Assembly (NCBI GenBank): GCA_021823345.1
Contig: JAKAOF010000004.1
Location: 15,055-79,054, forward strand
DNA from: Thermoplasmata archaeon
GTDB taxonomy: Archaea; Thermoplasmatota; Thermoplasmata; Lutacidiplasmatales; UBA184
Direction of reading: 5' to 3'
Length of the DNA: 64,000 bases
Numbering within the stretch: position 1 is the first letter of the stretch; the number at the start of each line of letters is the position of its first letter. Shown one piece after another: positions 9,738 to 19,900 of this stretch. The position numbers and the translations under genes are program-made. The notes below the pieces were generated by a model that ran no database searches, had not been told where the DNA came from, and saw nothing but the letters and a program-made list of their open reading frames with translations.

Positions 9738-12713
9738 TCATCTCCACCGCGAGGACCCGGGGGTCCGAGAACGTCCCCCGCTCTTGGGGGCGTTGCCGAG
9801 GGCGCGACGCTTCCGGTAGAAGTAGAGCACGGCGAGCACGACCGCCGCCCCCCCGATCACGGCGACCGTGACGATGATCCCGAGCTCGGCGCCCGAGAGG
9901 CCCGAGCCGCCGCTCGGAGGAGGGGTGGTCTTCTTCGTGGTGTTGTTGCTGGTCGTGTTGTTCTTCGGCGGCGGAGGCGGAGGGGTCGACGGCTTGAGCA
10001 CGCTGATGGAGAGGGTCGCCCGGGCGCTGTACCCGAAGGAATCATTCACCGTGAAGATGGCGGTGTAGTTCCCCGGGTTCGCGTATTCGTGCGTGATCGT
10101 CCCGTTGTCAGGGAGGTTGGTGGCGACCGGGCCATCCCCATAGGTCGCGGTCACCGGGTTGTAGGAAGCGGAACCTCCGGTGGTGGTCCAACTGAAGGAG
10201 ACATTGAGCGGGGCGTACCCGCTCACGGTCGGGGCGTTGAGGGACAAGTTCACGTGGCCGAAGGTGTAGACCCCGCCCTCCAGGACGAGGGACGTGCCGG
10301 AGGCATCCGAGAGCGTGGCGGTGATGTTGTGGACGTTCTGGTAACCGGTGGTGGTGAAGGTGAAGCTCGAGGAGGATCCGTTCTGCGACGCATACCCCGG
10401 CGTGGACCACCGCGGGGCGGCGTAGGGGGTCGCTCCCCCGAAGTAGCTGAGGAGGAACTGGAAGTCGAACGGGATCTCCGCCTCGGGGGCGTTGGCGAAC
10501 ATGCTGGCCCCGAGCGGCGGGGCGGTCGTGAAGAGCGAGAGCGTCCCGTTCACGAGGGTGGACCCGAAGAGGAAGGCGCTCCCCGCGAAGAGCGTGAACG
10601 GGGTTCCCACCCAGCTTGACCCCAGCATCGGGGTGAGATTGGTGAGGGTCGACCCGGGGTATCCGATGAAGACGAGGGGATGGGACAGGTTGACGAGCGT
10701 GGTCCCCGAGAAGCCGCCCAAGAGGAGCGCTTCCCCGTCCACGGCGAGGGAGGTCACGTAGATCGGAGAGGGCGGGATGAGGAGGGGGTTCCCCGGGGTG
10801 GCGCTACCGGGGACCCAGGTCTCGACCCCCTTCCCGTCATAGATCCAGAACGCGCTGCCGTTCCAGGCGGCCTGGCTCTGGGCGACCAGGGGGATCGTGG
10901 ACCCGAAGAACCCGGAGATGTTCTGGAACGGGGAGAACGCGCTGGCGTTGAAGAACCACGCCAGCCCGGAGAGGTTCGAGCTCTCGCCCCAGACGAGCGC
11001 GCTCGTGGGCGAGGAGGGCACGAGGGCGGTGATCGCGTACGCCGGGCTCAGCAATCCCGCGGACTGCGAGGTCCAGCTCGACGTGGCAAAGTCGTAGCTT
11101 TGCAGCAAAGCGGCCGAGCCGCCCTGGGTTCCACCGGCCCACAGCGTGCCATTGACCCAGGCGAGGACGGAGACGGCCGCGTTGGGAATGAGGGCGAGCC
11201 GCGTGACCGATCCCCCCGTGAGCGGGATCTCGAGGATGAGGGACTGGTTGGCGACGAAGAGGTTGCTCCCGTGGATGGTGGAGGCGACCGGATTGTCGAA
11301 GCCCGTGGGGAGGAGCGAGCCCACGGACACCGAGGAATGGGTCGACAAGTTGTACAGGAGGCCCGCGCCTTCCGTCCCGTTGTTCCCGCCGAGCCAGGCC
11401 ACTCCCGAACCGTAGGAAAGGCTCCCGACGGAAGTGATCCCGGAGGGGAGGGAGGAAAGGACGATCGGGCCCGAACCGGACCAGGAACCGAGGAACCCCC
11501 CGTTCTGTACCCGATACCCTCCGACGAGGAGGGTGGTCCCGGACCACGCCAGCGACTCCGGCACGGTCGCGCTGGTCCACGCCGCGGCGGAGAGGGTCTG
11601 AGCGACCGAAGTGGCGGCATCGAGCTCGAGGATCCCGCCGGGAGAGGCCAAGGTGAAATTGGTCGTGGTCCGGGAATCGGCCGAGGCGGCCGTCGGCAGG
11701 CCGAGGGTCGTGGCCGCCGCCGTCACGTTCGCAAAGGCCCCGGTCTGGAGGTTAAGCATCCCGAAGACCGTCACGCTCGTCAGGTTCACGGTGGTGCTGA
11801 GCAGCACCCAGGGGCCGTTGGCGGCCCAGAGGGAGACGGGCGAGGTGAAGCTGGAAGTGGCCGGAAGGTCGGCCGAGAGGTTCCGGAGGACCCAGGTACC
11901 GGCCGAGGGGTACAGGAGACCCAGGGTGTTCCCGGAGGAGTTTGTGGCGAGCAGCACCCCGGAGCGCGTCCCGAGGAGGCCCGAGGGAGTTCCCCAGGTG
12001 GACGGCACGTATCGGCTCACGTTCACAAAGCCGAGGGTGGAGTTGTAGGCGATGTACTCGGGAGCGAGGACGGCATCCGTTCCGAGGAGGAGCGTGAAGT
12101 TGTTGGACGTCGCCCCTCCCGACAGCGAGGCCAGCCCGGAGGGAGGGAGGAGCTTCTGCGCGGTGCCGCTCGAGTTCATCTCGATGACGAGCGGGCTCCC
12201 GGTAAGACCCGAGAAGGCCCCGTTCCACAGGAGGACCGAGGAGGTCGAGCCGGACAGGAGGCTGCCCGAGAAGGCGTGGTAGGCCGCGAGGTTCGCCAGG
12301 TCGGACTTCGAGAGGGGGCCATAGGCGGTGGCGCTCGTGTCCGCCAGCTTCCCGGAGGAGAGCAGGCCGGTCTTGGGAAGGCCCGTCCCGTTGTCCACGC
12401 CGAGGGCGAAGGTCGTTCCCCCCGACAACGGCCATAGGCCGGTCACCTGGGACCAGGAACCTCCCGCGACCGAGGGCACCATCGGCGAGATGTTGGTAAC
12501 GGGCTCCGCCGTGGAGTTGCTCGTGATGTACGTCCAGTTGGTCTGTTGCGGACGGGAAGCGCTTCCGGTGGGGGGGAAAAATTGAGCCGAAGAGGGCGAT
12601 CCATGGGACGAGGCGAACGCGTTGCCCCCTCCCGAGACCACCAGCACGGCGAGGACCGCGAGCGGAGCGAGCAGCGAGAGAAGACCCTGGGGGCGTACGG
12701 GGGTACGTTTCAT
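9738..12713 (-). CDS. Secreted repeat-rich (likely beta-propeller) surface protein with a PKD domain, Thr/Pro-rich stalk and C-terminal TM anchor
   Basis: Signal peptide MKRTPVRPQGLLSLLAPLAVLAVLVVSGGGNAFA. PKD-like segment PLNVSFSWTTTGGSASYNPVTATYGDGPVATNLPDNGTITHEYANPGNYTAIFTVNDSFGYSA. Stalk STPPPPPPKNNTTSNNTTKKTTPPPS, then TM LGIIVTVAVIGGAAVVLAVLYFY and a basic tail. Confidence 0.8.
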   Translation of the reverse strand: MKRTPVRPQGLLSLLAPLAVLAVLVVSGGGNAFASSHGSPSSAQFFPPTGSASRPQQTNWTYITSNSTAEPVTNISPMVPSVAGGSWSQVTGLWPLSGGTTFALGVDNGTGLPKTGLLSSGKLADTSATAYGPLSKSDLANLAAYHAFSGSLLSGSTSSVLLWNGAFSGLTGSPLVIEMNSSGTAQKLLPPSGLASLSGGATSNNFTLLLGTDAVLAPEYIAYNSTLGFVNVSRYVPSTWGTPSGLLGTRSGVLLATNSSGNTLGLLYPSAGTWVLRNLSADLPATSSFTSPVSLWAANGPWVLLSTTVNLTSVTVFGMLNLQTGAFANVTAAATTLGLPTAASADSRTTTNFTLASPGGILELDAATSVAQTLSAAAWTSATVPESLAWSGTTLLVGGYRVQNGGFLGSWSGSGPIVLSSLPSGITSVGSLSYGSGVAWLGGNNGTEGAGLLYNLSTHSSVSVGSLLPTGFDNPVASTIHGSNLFVANQSLILEIPLTGGSVTRLALIPNAAVSVLAWVNGTLWAGGTQGGSAALLQSYDFATSSWTSQSAGLLSPAYAITALVPSSPTSALVWGESSNLSGLAWFFNASAFSPFQNISGFFGSTIPLVAQSQAAWNGSAFWIYDGKGVETWVPGSATPGNPLLIPPSPIYVTSLAVDGEALLLGGFSGTTLVNLSHPLVFIGYPGSTLTNLTPMLGSSWVGTPFTLFAGSAFLFGSTLVNGTLSLFTTAPPLGASMFANAPEAEIPFDFQFLLSYFGGATPYAAPRWSTPGYASQNGSSSSFTFTTTGYQNVHNITATLSDASGTSLVLEGGVYTFGHVNLSLNAPTVSGYAPLNVSFSWTTTGGSASYNPVTATYGDGPVATNLPDNGTITHEYANPGNYTAIFTVNDSFGYSARATLSISVLKPSTPPPPPPKNNTTSNNTTKKTTPPPSGGSGLSGAELGIIVTVAVIGGAAVVLAVLYFYRKRRALGNAPKSGGRSRTPGSSRWR

Positions 12714-12804
12714 GGGGTATCCACTAGAGAGGAAGCAGGGGAACCTATCAAGGAAACCATGGCAGAGTTGCGTGGTGGACTGGGCTCTCCCGGCCAGAAA
12801 AGGG

Positions 12805-15800
12805 CTAGGCGGACCGGGGGGAGTTAACCGCTACCCGGGCCATCCAGCCCAGTGGGGGCAGGACCAAGAGGTGTGGTGGGACAAAGTGAAGGGCAACGAC
12901 CCCGGCCCCCAAGGGCCCTTCACTCTGAGAGGGGGAGTGCGTGATGGATTTTGCGCTGGTCGAGGTGATGTGGATGAGGACCCAGGGACCCATGCCACTC
13001 CCCATGGACCAGGGAGCTCCCTGCTGGGAAGTGGTGTGAGCGTCCACCAGCACGTTGCCTCCGGTGGTGGACACCACCACGGCCACGTGCCCGATGACCG
13101 TACCGCCCTCGTAGTAGCCGACGACGTCCCCCGGGCTCAACTGGGAGGCGCTCGTCACTTGGGTCCCGTCGTGGGCGTGCCCGTTGTACGCTCCCTGGCC
13201 GAGCAGCCAGTTGACGAGGTCCGGGGCGGAGGGGTCCCCCGACACACCGCCGCCGTAGGTGTTCGGCACGGAGAGCCCACCGGCATCCAGCGAATTGCTG
13301 ACGAAGTGGGCGCACTCGAGGCCGTGATAATAGAGGCACCCCGTTCCTCCGGGGGTGTTGATGGAGAGAAGAGGGGTGCCTGGGGAGTAGGATAGGACCT
13401 GTCCGTTTCCGTACCCGCAATCGGAGTCGGCGAAGAACTTGCCGTCGGAGAGGACCTTGTCGTAATAGTTGTTGGCGTAGCTGACCACGGCCGCGGTGTT
13501 GTAGCTGCTCCCGCCCGAGGAACTCTGGGTGAGGCAATTGAGGTTGGGGCACACGCTGCTCCAGGGGAGATTGGCGGCATTCTGACCGCCGCCGGGGCAG
13601 GCGACCGGGCCCGTTCCGGACCAGCCGGTCGGGGCCCACTTGCAATAGGCGCCCGAGAGATAGCTTCCCCAGAAGTTGTACGTGTTCACCTGGTAGTAGG
13701 CATAGGCCCACTGGAACGCGCAGGTGGGGTTGAAGTAGATCCCGCCCCAGTTGCCGCTGTAGGTCGAGCAGCTGGAGGGGTTGTAGTTCCCGATCGGGAA
13801 GGCCCCGCCAGACGGCGGGTTCTGCCCGGAGGTACCCTCCTGGAGGATGCCCTCGGCCCGGGCACCGGAGCCCGGGTTGACTTGGCTGCATGAGCCGCTT
13901 CCGCTCTCGATCGCCCCGCCGCAGAAGCCGCTCTCCTGGTAGGCCATCGAGACGAACGTGATGACGAGGTTGTTGGAGAAGCCCGCGGCGGCAGCGCAGT
14001 CGACGGTCTCCTGCAGGTTGAGCTGGGTGGACTGATCGTAGAAGTTCGAGTTGGGGCAGCCGGCGCCGTAATTGCCGCCTCCGCCGGTGCTATTGCCGCC
14101 GCCCGTGCCGGTGCCGCCGCCGCCCGTAGAGGTTCCGCAAGCCGCCGTGGCGCAAACGCCGTTCTCCAGATCGTAGACGAAGTTCCAGAAGGTGGCCCCG
14201 GGGACCGAGGCGTTCCCGTCGTCCAGGGCGAACCAGCCCTGCTTCGAGAAGCTGTTGTAGGCCGACCAGTTCGCCTCGGCCTCCATGTCCAAGAGGGCAT
14301 TGGGGCTGCCGGAACAGGCCATGGAACTCTGGAGCACGCCCACGTCCGAGGTGCCGAGGAAGTGGGTCGCCTGGGAGAGCGCCGTCTCGTAGCCCGAGAG
14401 CGAGCAGGTGAAGTCCTCCAGGTACCAGGTGACGCCGGTCAGGGTCCCGAGGGCATTGTAGTACCACAGGTCTGACGCGGACGAACCGGCCGAGGGAGAC
14501 CCGGGCGGGGGAAGGAACACGATGAGCGAGTGGAGCCCGCTCGATTTGAGCGCGGAGGCGAACTGCTGGATGAAGGAGGCGTAGTGGGTCCCCAGTGAAC
14601 CCGAGGCCCCCGTGAAGCAGGAATTCGGTGCGAGGTCGAGGATGTACCCGTTGTAGCCCTTGGCCTTGGCCACGTTGATGGCCTCGGTGATAAAGTTCGC
14701 CCAGAGCCCCGAGTTGCCGAGGAAGGTCGTGAGCGAGAGCTGACTGCAGGATCCCCCGGCCGTGATGGCCATGTAGAGCGGTTTGCTGTTGGTGTGCGCC
14801 CAGGTGGCGATGTCATCCTGGGAGTTAGCGAACCACGGGGCCGGGCCGAACCAGTCCTTCGCCGAGGAGCTGACCTGGTAGCCGAACTCCGTCACCGAGT
14901 TCATGTCCGGGGCCAGGCTCGAGTAGGTCGCGGAGAACGCGCTCGAGTTCCCGATCCAGGTGCACGCCTGGCAGACGACCGGCATGTAGGAGATGGGCGG
15001 AGGCGGCGCCAGTCCGCCCGGACCGCTCCCGCCGCCCGTGCCGCCGGGTCCGGTCCCTCCTCCACCGGAGGAGCGCTGGACCACGAGTGAAACCGTGGCC
15101 CGCGCGGAGGAACCGCTCTGGTCCTTGACCGTCACCACGACCGAGTAGGTGCCTCCCGAGGAGGGAGCGCAGGTGAGCGTGCTGAGGTCCGAGGAGCTGC
15201 ATCCCGGTGGGAGCCCCGAGTAGCTGTAGGTGTAGGGGGTCTTGCCGCCCTTCACCGTGACGCTGAGGGTGGTGGGGTTGCCTACCGTGACGGTCGAGGG
15301 ATTGGCGGTGAAGGAACTCACCGTGAGCGGGCCGGTCGCCCCGCCAGAGGAACACCCGTTGGGCCACTGCCACAGCAGCCACTCCTTGCTGAACAGCTGC
15401 CAGTTCCAACCGGGGTTCCAGATGAGGATCTTGTCGACCCCCGCATCGATCTCGAGGCCCGCCGTCAGGCTGAGACAGTAGGTGATCTTGGAGAGGGTCG
15501 CCTCCAATTGGGCCTGGAACTCGAGATAGGGCTCGATGTAGAAGTACGCCTGGAACAGCGTGAACGAGAAGAAGGAGGGACACCAGTTCCCGAAGATGGT
15601 GTCGGCGCAGAAGCCGAGGTCGACATCAAAGTTGATGTTGGGGATCTTCGCGAAGAGCTTGACGGTGAAGTCGGCATCGAGCTTGGGGGGACTATAGGTG
15701 GTGGTCAGGGGACTGACGTCGTGGATCATCTGCAGCCCTTGCCCGGCCTGGTACTCGGCCCCGAGCTTGGCGCTCGAGACGAAGCTCACCGAAGACCCCA

Positions 15801-16833
15801 CGGATCCGCTGACCTCGACATCGATGCCCAGGATGAACTGCGGCTGGAAGACGAAGTTCAACGATGCCCCGAACGAGAGGACCCCGAGGTCGATGCTGAG
15901 GCCGGGGATCCCAAACCCGAAATTGAGCGAGGGGAGGTTGTACGTCCACTGTTTGGACCACTCACATTTCGCCGATATCTGGGCGGAGAGCGTCAGGGTG
16001 TTCGTGAAGGTGAAGTAGGTCGCGATCGACTGGATGTGGATGAAGGGGAAGTTCCAGTCAAGCGTGACATCGATCGAGATGGTGAAGGTGACCTTGACCT
16101 CATCTTGGGCCCCGACGAAGAGATTGGCCGAACAGATCGAGTTATGGGGGGAGAAGGAGAATCCCTGCGAGAAGGTCTGGTCGAAGAGGGTGACGGTGAG
16201 GCTCGCGTCCGGGAGCGGGGACAGCGGCCCGTACATCGCCTGGGCCTGGGCCATGGTGACGGGGTAGGCCGCGTAGAGCTGCCCGTTCACAATGATGTCG
16301 GTGATGTTCCCGGGTAGGGTATAGGCGACCAGGAGACCGTTGCTCTCGGAGGTGGACACCACGAGCCGGAAGATGTCGCCGCCGGACCCCCCGGGGGCGG
16401 CGCCCCCCAGGAGGACGGCCCCGGCGTGGACCTGCTGCACGGTGCTCGAGGTCGCATCAAAGTAATAGAAGCCCCCGGCGGATCCCACGAGCGCAGGAGC
16501 CCCGGAGGTGTTGAGGTAGACGAGGGCCTTGTTGACCATCACGTTCTCCTCGTGGATGAGCAGATGGTCCCCGTAGAAGGTGCCGTTGGGTTGCCGGGCG
16601 AACTGGTCATTGAGCACGATCGACTGGGCCGCCTGCTGGTCCTGGGTGAGGACGGGGGTCGGGGAGCGGGGGACGGAGGAAGCTACGGGGGCCGATGTGG
16701 TGGCGAGGGAGTTGGCGGAGGTGGGCCACGAACTCAGAACAAAGACGAAGGCGAGTGCGACCGGTAGAGCCGCGGTCCAGAAATTATGGCGAGCGATACT
16801 TCGGCCTTTCTGAACTACGGTTTTCCAAAGCAT
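12805..16833 (-). CDS. Secreted multidomain cell-wall hydrolase-like protein: PKD domain, GH18/25-like region, SLT lytic-transglycosylase motif and C-terminal CHAP-like Cys/His peptidase domain
   Basis: N-terminal signal/TM WTAALPVALAFVFVLSSW. PKD: TLSVTVKGGKTPYTYSYSGLPPGCSSSDLSTLTCAPSSGGTYSVVVTVKDQSGSSARATVSLVV. SLT hallmark: SMAYQESGF ... GARAEGILQ (compare xxQESxfNP ... GLMQ). CHAP-like: GLECAHFVSNSL ... GTVIGHVAVVV (Cys ... His). Gly-rich linkers between domains. Confidence 0.8.
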   Translation of the reverse strand: MLWKTVVQKGRSIARHNFWTAALPVALAFVFVLSSWPTSANSLATTSAPVASSVPRSPTPVLTQDQQAAQSIVLNDQFARQPNGTFYGDHLLIHEENVMVNKALVYLNTSGAPALVGSAGGFYYFDATSSTVQQVHAGAVLLGGAAPGGSGGDIFRLVVSTSESNGLLVAYTLPGNITDIIVNGQLYAAYPVTMAQAQAMYGPLSPLPDASLTVTLFDQTFSQGFSFSPHNSICSANLFVGAQDEVKVTFTISIDVTLDWNFPFIHIQSIATYFTFTNTLTLSAQISAKCEWSKQWTYNLPSLNFGFGIPGLSIDLGVLSFGASLNFVFQPQFILGIDVEVSGSVGSSVSFVSSAKLGAEYQAGQGLQMIHDVSPLTTTYSPPKLDADFTVKLFAKIPNINFDVDLGFCADTIFGNWCPSFFSFTLFQAYFYIEPYLEFQAQLEATLSKITYCLSLTAGLEIDAGVDKILIWNPGWNWQLFSKEWLLWQWPNGCSSGGATGPLTVSSFTANPSTVTVGNPTTLSVTVKGGKTPYTYSYSGLPPGCSSSDLSTLTCAPSSGGTYSVVVTVKDQSGSSARATVSLVVQRSSGGGGTGPGGTGGGSGPGGLAPPPPISYMPVVCQACTWIGNSSAFSATYSSLAPDMNSVTEFGYQVSSSAKDWFGPAPWFANSQDDIATWAHTNSKPLYMAITAGGSCSQLSLTTFLGNSGLWANFITEAINVAKAKGYNGYILDLAPNSCFTGASGSLGTHYASFIQQFASALKSSGLHSLIVFLPPPGSPSAGSSASDLWYYNALGTLTGVTWYLEDFTCSLSGYETALSQATHFLGTSDVGVLQSSMACSGSPNALLDMEAEANWSAYNSFSKQGWFALDDGNASVPGATFWNFVYDLENGVCATAACGTSTGGGGTGTGGGNSTGGGGNYGAGCPNSNFYDQSTQLNLQETVDCAAAAGFSNNLVITFVSMAYQESGFCGGAIESGSGSCSQVNPGSGARAEGILQEGTSGQNPPSGGAFPIGNYNPSSCSTYSGNWGGIYFNPTCAFQWAYAYYQVNTYNFWGSYLSGAYCKWAPTGWSGTGPVACPGGGQNAANLPWSSVCPNLNCLTQSSSGGSSYNTAAVVSYANNYYDKVLSDGKFFADSDCGYGNGQVLSYSPGTPLLSINTPGGTGCLYYHGLECAHFVSNSLDAGGLSVPNTYGGGVSGDPSAPDLVNWLLGQGAYNGHAHDGTQVTSASQLSPGDVVGYYEGGTVIGHVAVVVSTTGGNVLVDAHTTSQQGAPWSMGSGMGPWVLIHITSTSAKSITHSPSQSEGPLGAGVVALHFVPPHLLVLPPLGWMARVAVNSPRSA

Positions 16834-16839
16834 GAAGGC

Positions 16840-16965
16840 TACCCCCCCGTCCCCTGCTTACCATGTTATATTGTCGCAGGGCCATATTAAGGTGTCTGTT
16901 ACGTGTAACGGACGGAGGCAGAAGACCCTCCATTTTTCTTCCGTGAAGTTGGAAAAAACAGGGGC
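16840..16965 (-). promoter_or_regulatory. AT-rich intergenic region with TATA-like elements, putative promoter of the SLT-CHAP hydrolase gene
   Basis: Only AT-rich stretch in the neighbourhood (ccatgttatattgtcgcagggccatattaaggtg ... ggaaaaaaca). Sits immediately upstream (minus strand) of the Met at 16833. Confidence 0.3.
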
Positions 16966-19900
16966 TCACTGTTCGCTCAGGCTGCCTTGGTAGGTGTATG
17001 TGCTGCTCGACGCCCCGCCCAGGTCCACCACGGCGCTCGAACTCCCCCCATCGAGCAATCCTCCCATGTCGGCCTCCATGGAGGCGAAGTTGGGATCGTT
17101 GAACGCGGCCGCGGGGTCCGTGAGGGCGACCGGAGTGGGTTGGAAGGCGCCGATGCCATAGGTGGAATTCCATCCGACGCTGGGAAGCAGCGAGCTCGAC
17201 ATCCATCCGGCCTGAGGAGCGCCCACCTGAGGCTGGGCCATGAGGGCGAGCGCCATGTAATCGGGGGCCGACTCATTGAGCGAGTACCCCATCACGCGGT
17301 TCGCCGACACGTCCCACAGGAGGAACGCATCCATGTTCGCGGCGGTGATCCCGCCCGCCGGGGTGAATATCACGCTGGTCGAGGACCACAATTGCCCACC
17401 GGGCATCTGGAGGGCCGTTCCCCAGCGCCACTGCTGGCTCGGGAGAGTACACCCGGTCGACTGCTGGAGGCAGTCGAAGAGGTAGCCGGCCAGGTACTGC
17501 TCGGTCGTGACGTAGGTGTCGAAGGTGGGGGAGGTGGTCTTCATCCAGTTCTGGTAGGCCTTGGTCAACTCGGTCTGGGTGGTCCCGAGCCCGGACGGAG
17601 CCCCTCCGACGTAGAGCGAGGCGGTGCTCGCGGTATACCCGTCATGGGGTACCAAGAGCGAGCTCAGCCCCGGTGAGTACGCCCAGAGCTGCTGCGAGAT
17701 GGGGTGGCCGGGACCGGTGAGGTCGAGCCGCGAGGTCACGCCGCTCTGGTTCCAGAATCCCAGGAGGGACCAGGAGGAACCGGGGGCCTTCCACATCGAC
17801 CGCAAGGTCATGTTGGCATTCCCGGGATCGTACTCCACGGTACCGGTGATCGAATTGGTGGTGAGGGACTCGGTCGCCTCGAACACGTCGGAGCGGGAGT
17901 TCACCGAGGTGCCGCCCTCGCCCGACTGGAAGTTGGCATAGTGGGATTGCAGGTTGAGGCTCGTCATGTTGTCGCCGAAGAACGTGTGATAGTTGAGCGC
18001 CAGGACGGGAGTGAGCATCGAGCCCGAGGCAAGGTGCAGCTTTCCTTGGATCTGCCCCATGAGGGATAAGAACACCGAGGAGCTGTACTTCGCCACGGAG
18101 TTGTACGCCAGGCCGTCCCACTGGACATCCTGCGATAGCGCCAGGGAGAGCGCCGGTCCCCCGTCGGGACCCGCGTCGGGGAGGTTCGAGAGCATCGCGG
18201 CCTCGTCGGCGGTCTCGTTCTTGGCGATGATGGACGCCCCGTGCAGGGCCACGAGGAGCTTGTTGAGGAGGGGCGAGACGTAATCTCCGGGGAGGAACAC
18301 CCAGTTCGCCGGACTGCTCCCGAGCGGTTTGTAGTCGTAGCTGAAGGTGGCCGGATGACCGACCACCAGTCCCAGGAGCCCCCGCGTCTCCAGGGGGATG
18401 GGATCCGTCTTCTGGAGGATGTTGCTTTGGAGCGGCCAGGGGGTCTCGATCGTGACCGGGAAGTTCGCGCGTAACGGAACCTCGATGGTCAAGGTGGTGT
18501 TGTGGAGCTTCCCTCCCTCGAGCAGCTCCTTCTGCGGGTCCGATATCGTCAGGCGGACCGTACCTCCCATGAACACGTCCCACGTGGTCTCGAAGGGAGC
18601 GATCCCCATGTTGACCGAGCTGTCCTGCGGGTCGACGGTATGTACGCAGACCTGGGGCTGGGTGAGGGAGTAGGTCAGGGTACCGGGCGTTCCGCTCTCG
18701 CTGTAGTACGAAACGGAGTCCAGGTTGAGCCCCGGGACCGATTCCACACTCCCGTCCGTTAGCGCTGCCGAGCGGGTCCCCTGCCAATACTCGTACGGCA
18801 TGTTCCGCTGCAGGTACGGGGAGTAGGGCAGGGACTGCTCGCTCGCCATGTTCTCTGTCCATTGCTGGGACGATTCGTAGATCCCCGGGATCCATTGCTC
18901 GGCGAGCGACCCCGTGTTCTGGTAGATCGAGGTGGGGTCCGGGTTGCCCGAGGCCAGACTGGGGATGTCCACGTAGGTTTCGATGAACCCTCCCGCGCCC
19001 GAGAACGAGTTTCCCTTCCAATCCGCCTTGCCGGTGTAATGCTGGATATTGTTCCAGGAGGTCGTGATGAGGGAGAACTGGGAGTTTCCGCTGCCGATGG
19101 TCGGGGTGCCGGCCTGTTCCACCAGCCCGAGCACCTGGGACCAGAGGTTCTGCTGGTCGTTGTAGTACATCGCGGAAGCCTGGAGGAAGGGCTCGCAGGT
19201 GTACGGCTGGTCGCAGTCGTCCTGGCCGGTGAAGGTCGATGCGGCGGCGTTGGCGTAGAGGGCGCACTCCTGGTCCACCTGGGCAGGTCCGGCCCCGGAT
19301 CCTTGGAAGCCGGGGGCGAAGAGGAACCAGTCGAGGTTTCCCTGGCCGCCGTTCCAGCTTCCCTCAGAACTGCCCATCCAGGCATAGATGTCGTCGAAGG
19401 TCGCGGACTGGACATCTTCCCGGAAGTTCGGTTCGTAAAGGTACTGGGCCGGAGGGACCGGAAGCTTGCCCGCAGCGGGACTGACCCAGAGCCCATCCTC
19501 CGCGGAGGAGGTCTGTACCGGGGCCCCGCTGGGGAGCGTGGGATCGATGTCCCCGTTCATGCCGTAGTAGAGGTTGTAGTAGGTCATGTACCACAACCGG
19601 GCGCCCAACCGGGCGGTGTCGGAGAGGGAGTAGGTGGTATGTACCGAGGGGCCGGTTCCGACCCCGGAGACGTGTTCGGCCCCGGTCACCCACCAGTTGT
19701 CGAGGTTGGACGGCGTGTTCTGGGAGCTGATGTAGCCGGTCGCGGCCCACAGCGTGGAGTATTCGGCGGCGCTCCCCTGGGTGAGGTAAGAGTAGCTCGA
19801 ATTCAACACGTCCGAGCCCGTGAGGGTGGGTAGCCCGTTGGCCGAGGGCCCCATCTTCGCCATGGCACGTGCGATGGTGTCCACGTAGCCCGACACCTTG

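Noticed and set aside
10680-12437. 585-aa + strand ORF (and 10837..11580, 11752..12435 minus ORFs) inside the PKD protein gene
   Set aside because: Alternative-frame and antisense artefacts: R/G/E/P-rich low-complexity translations with no start context. The minus-strand 991-aa frame has a signal peptide, PKD domain and TM anchor.
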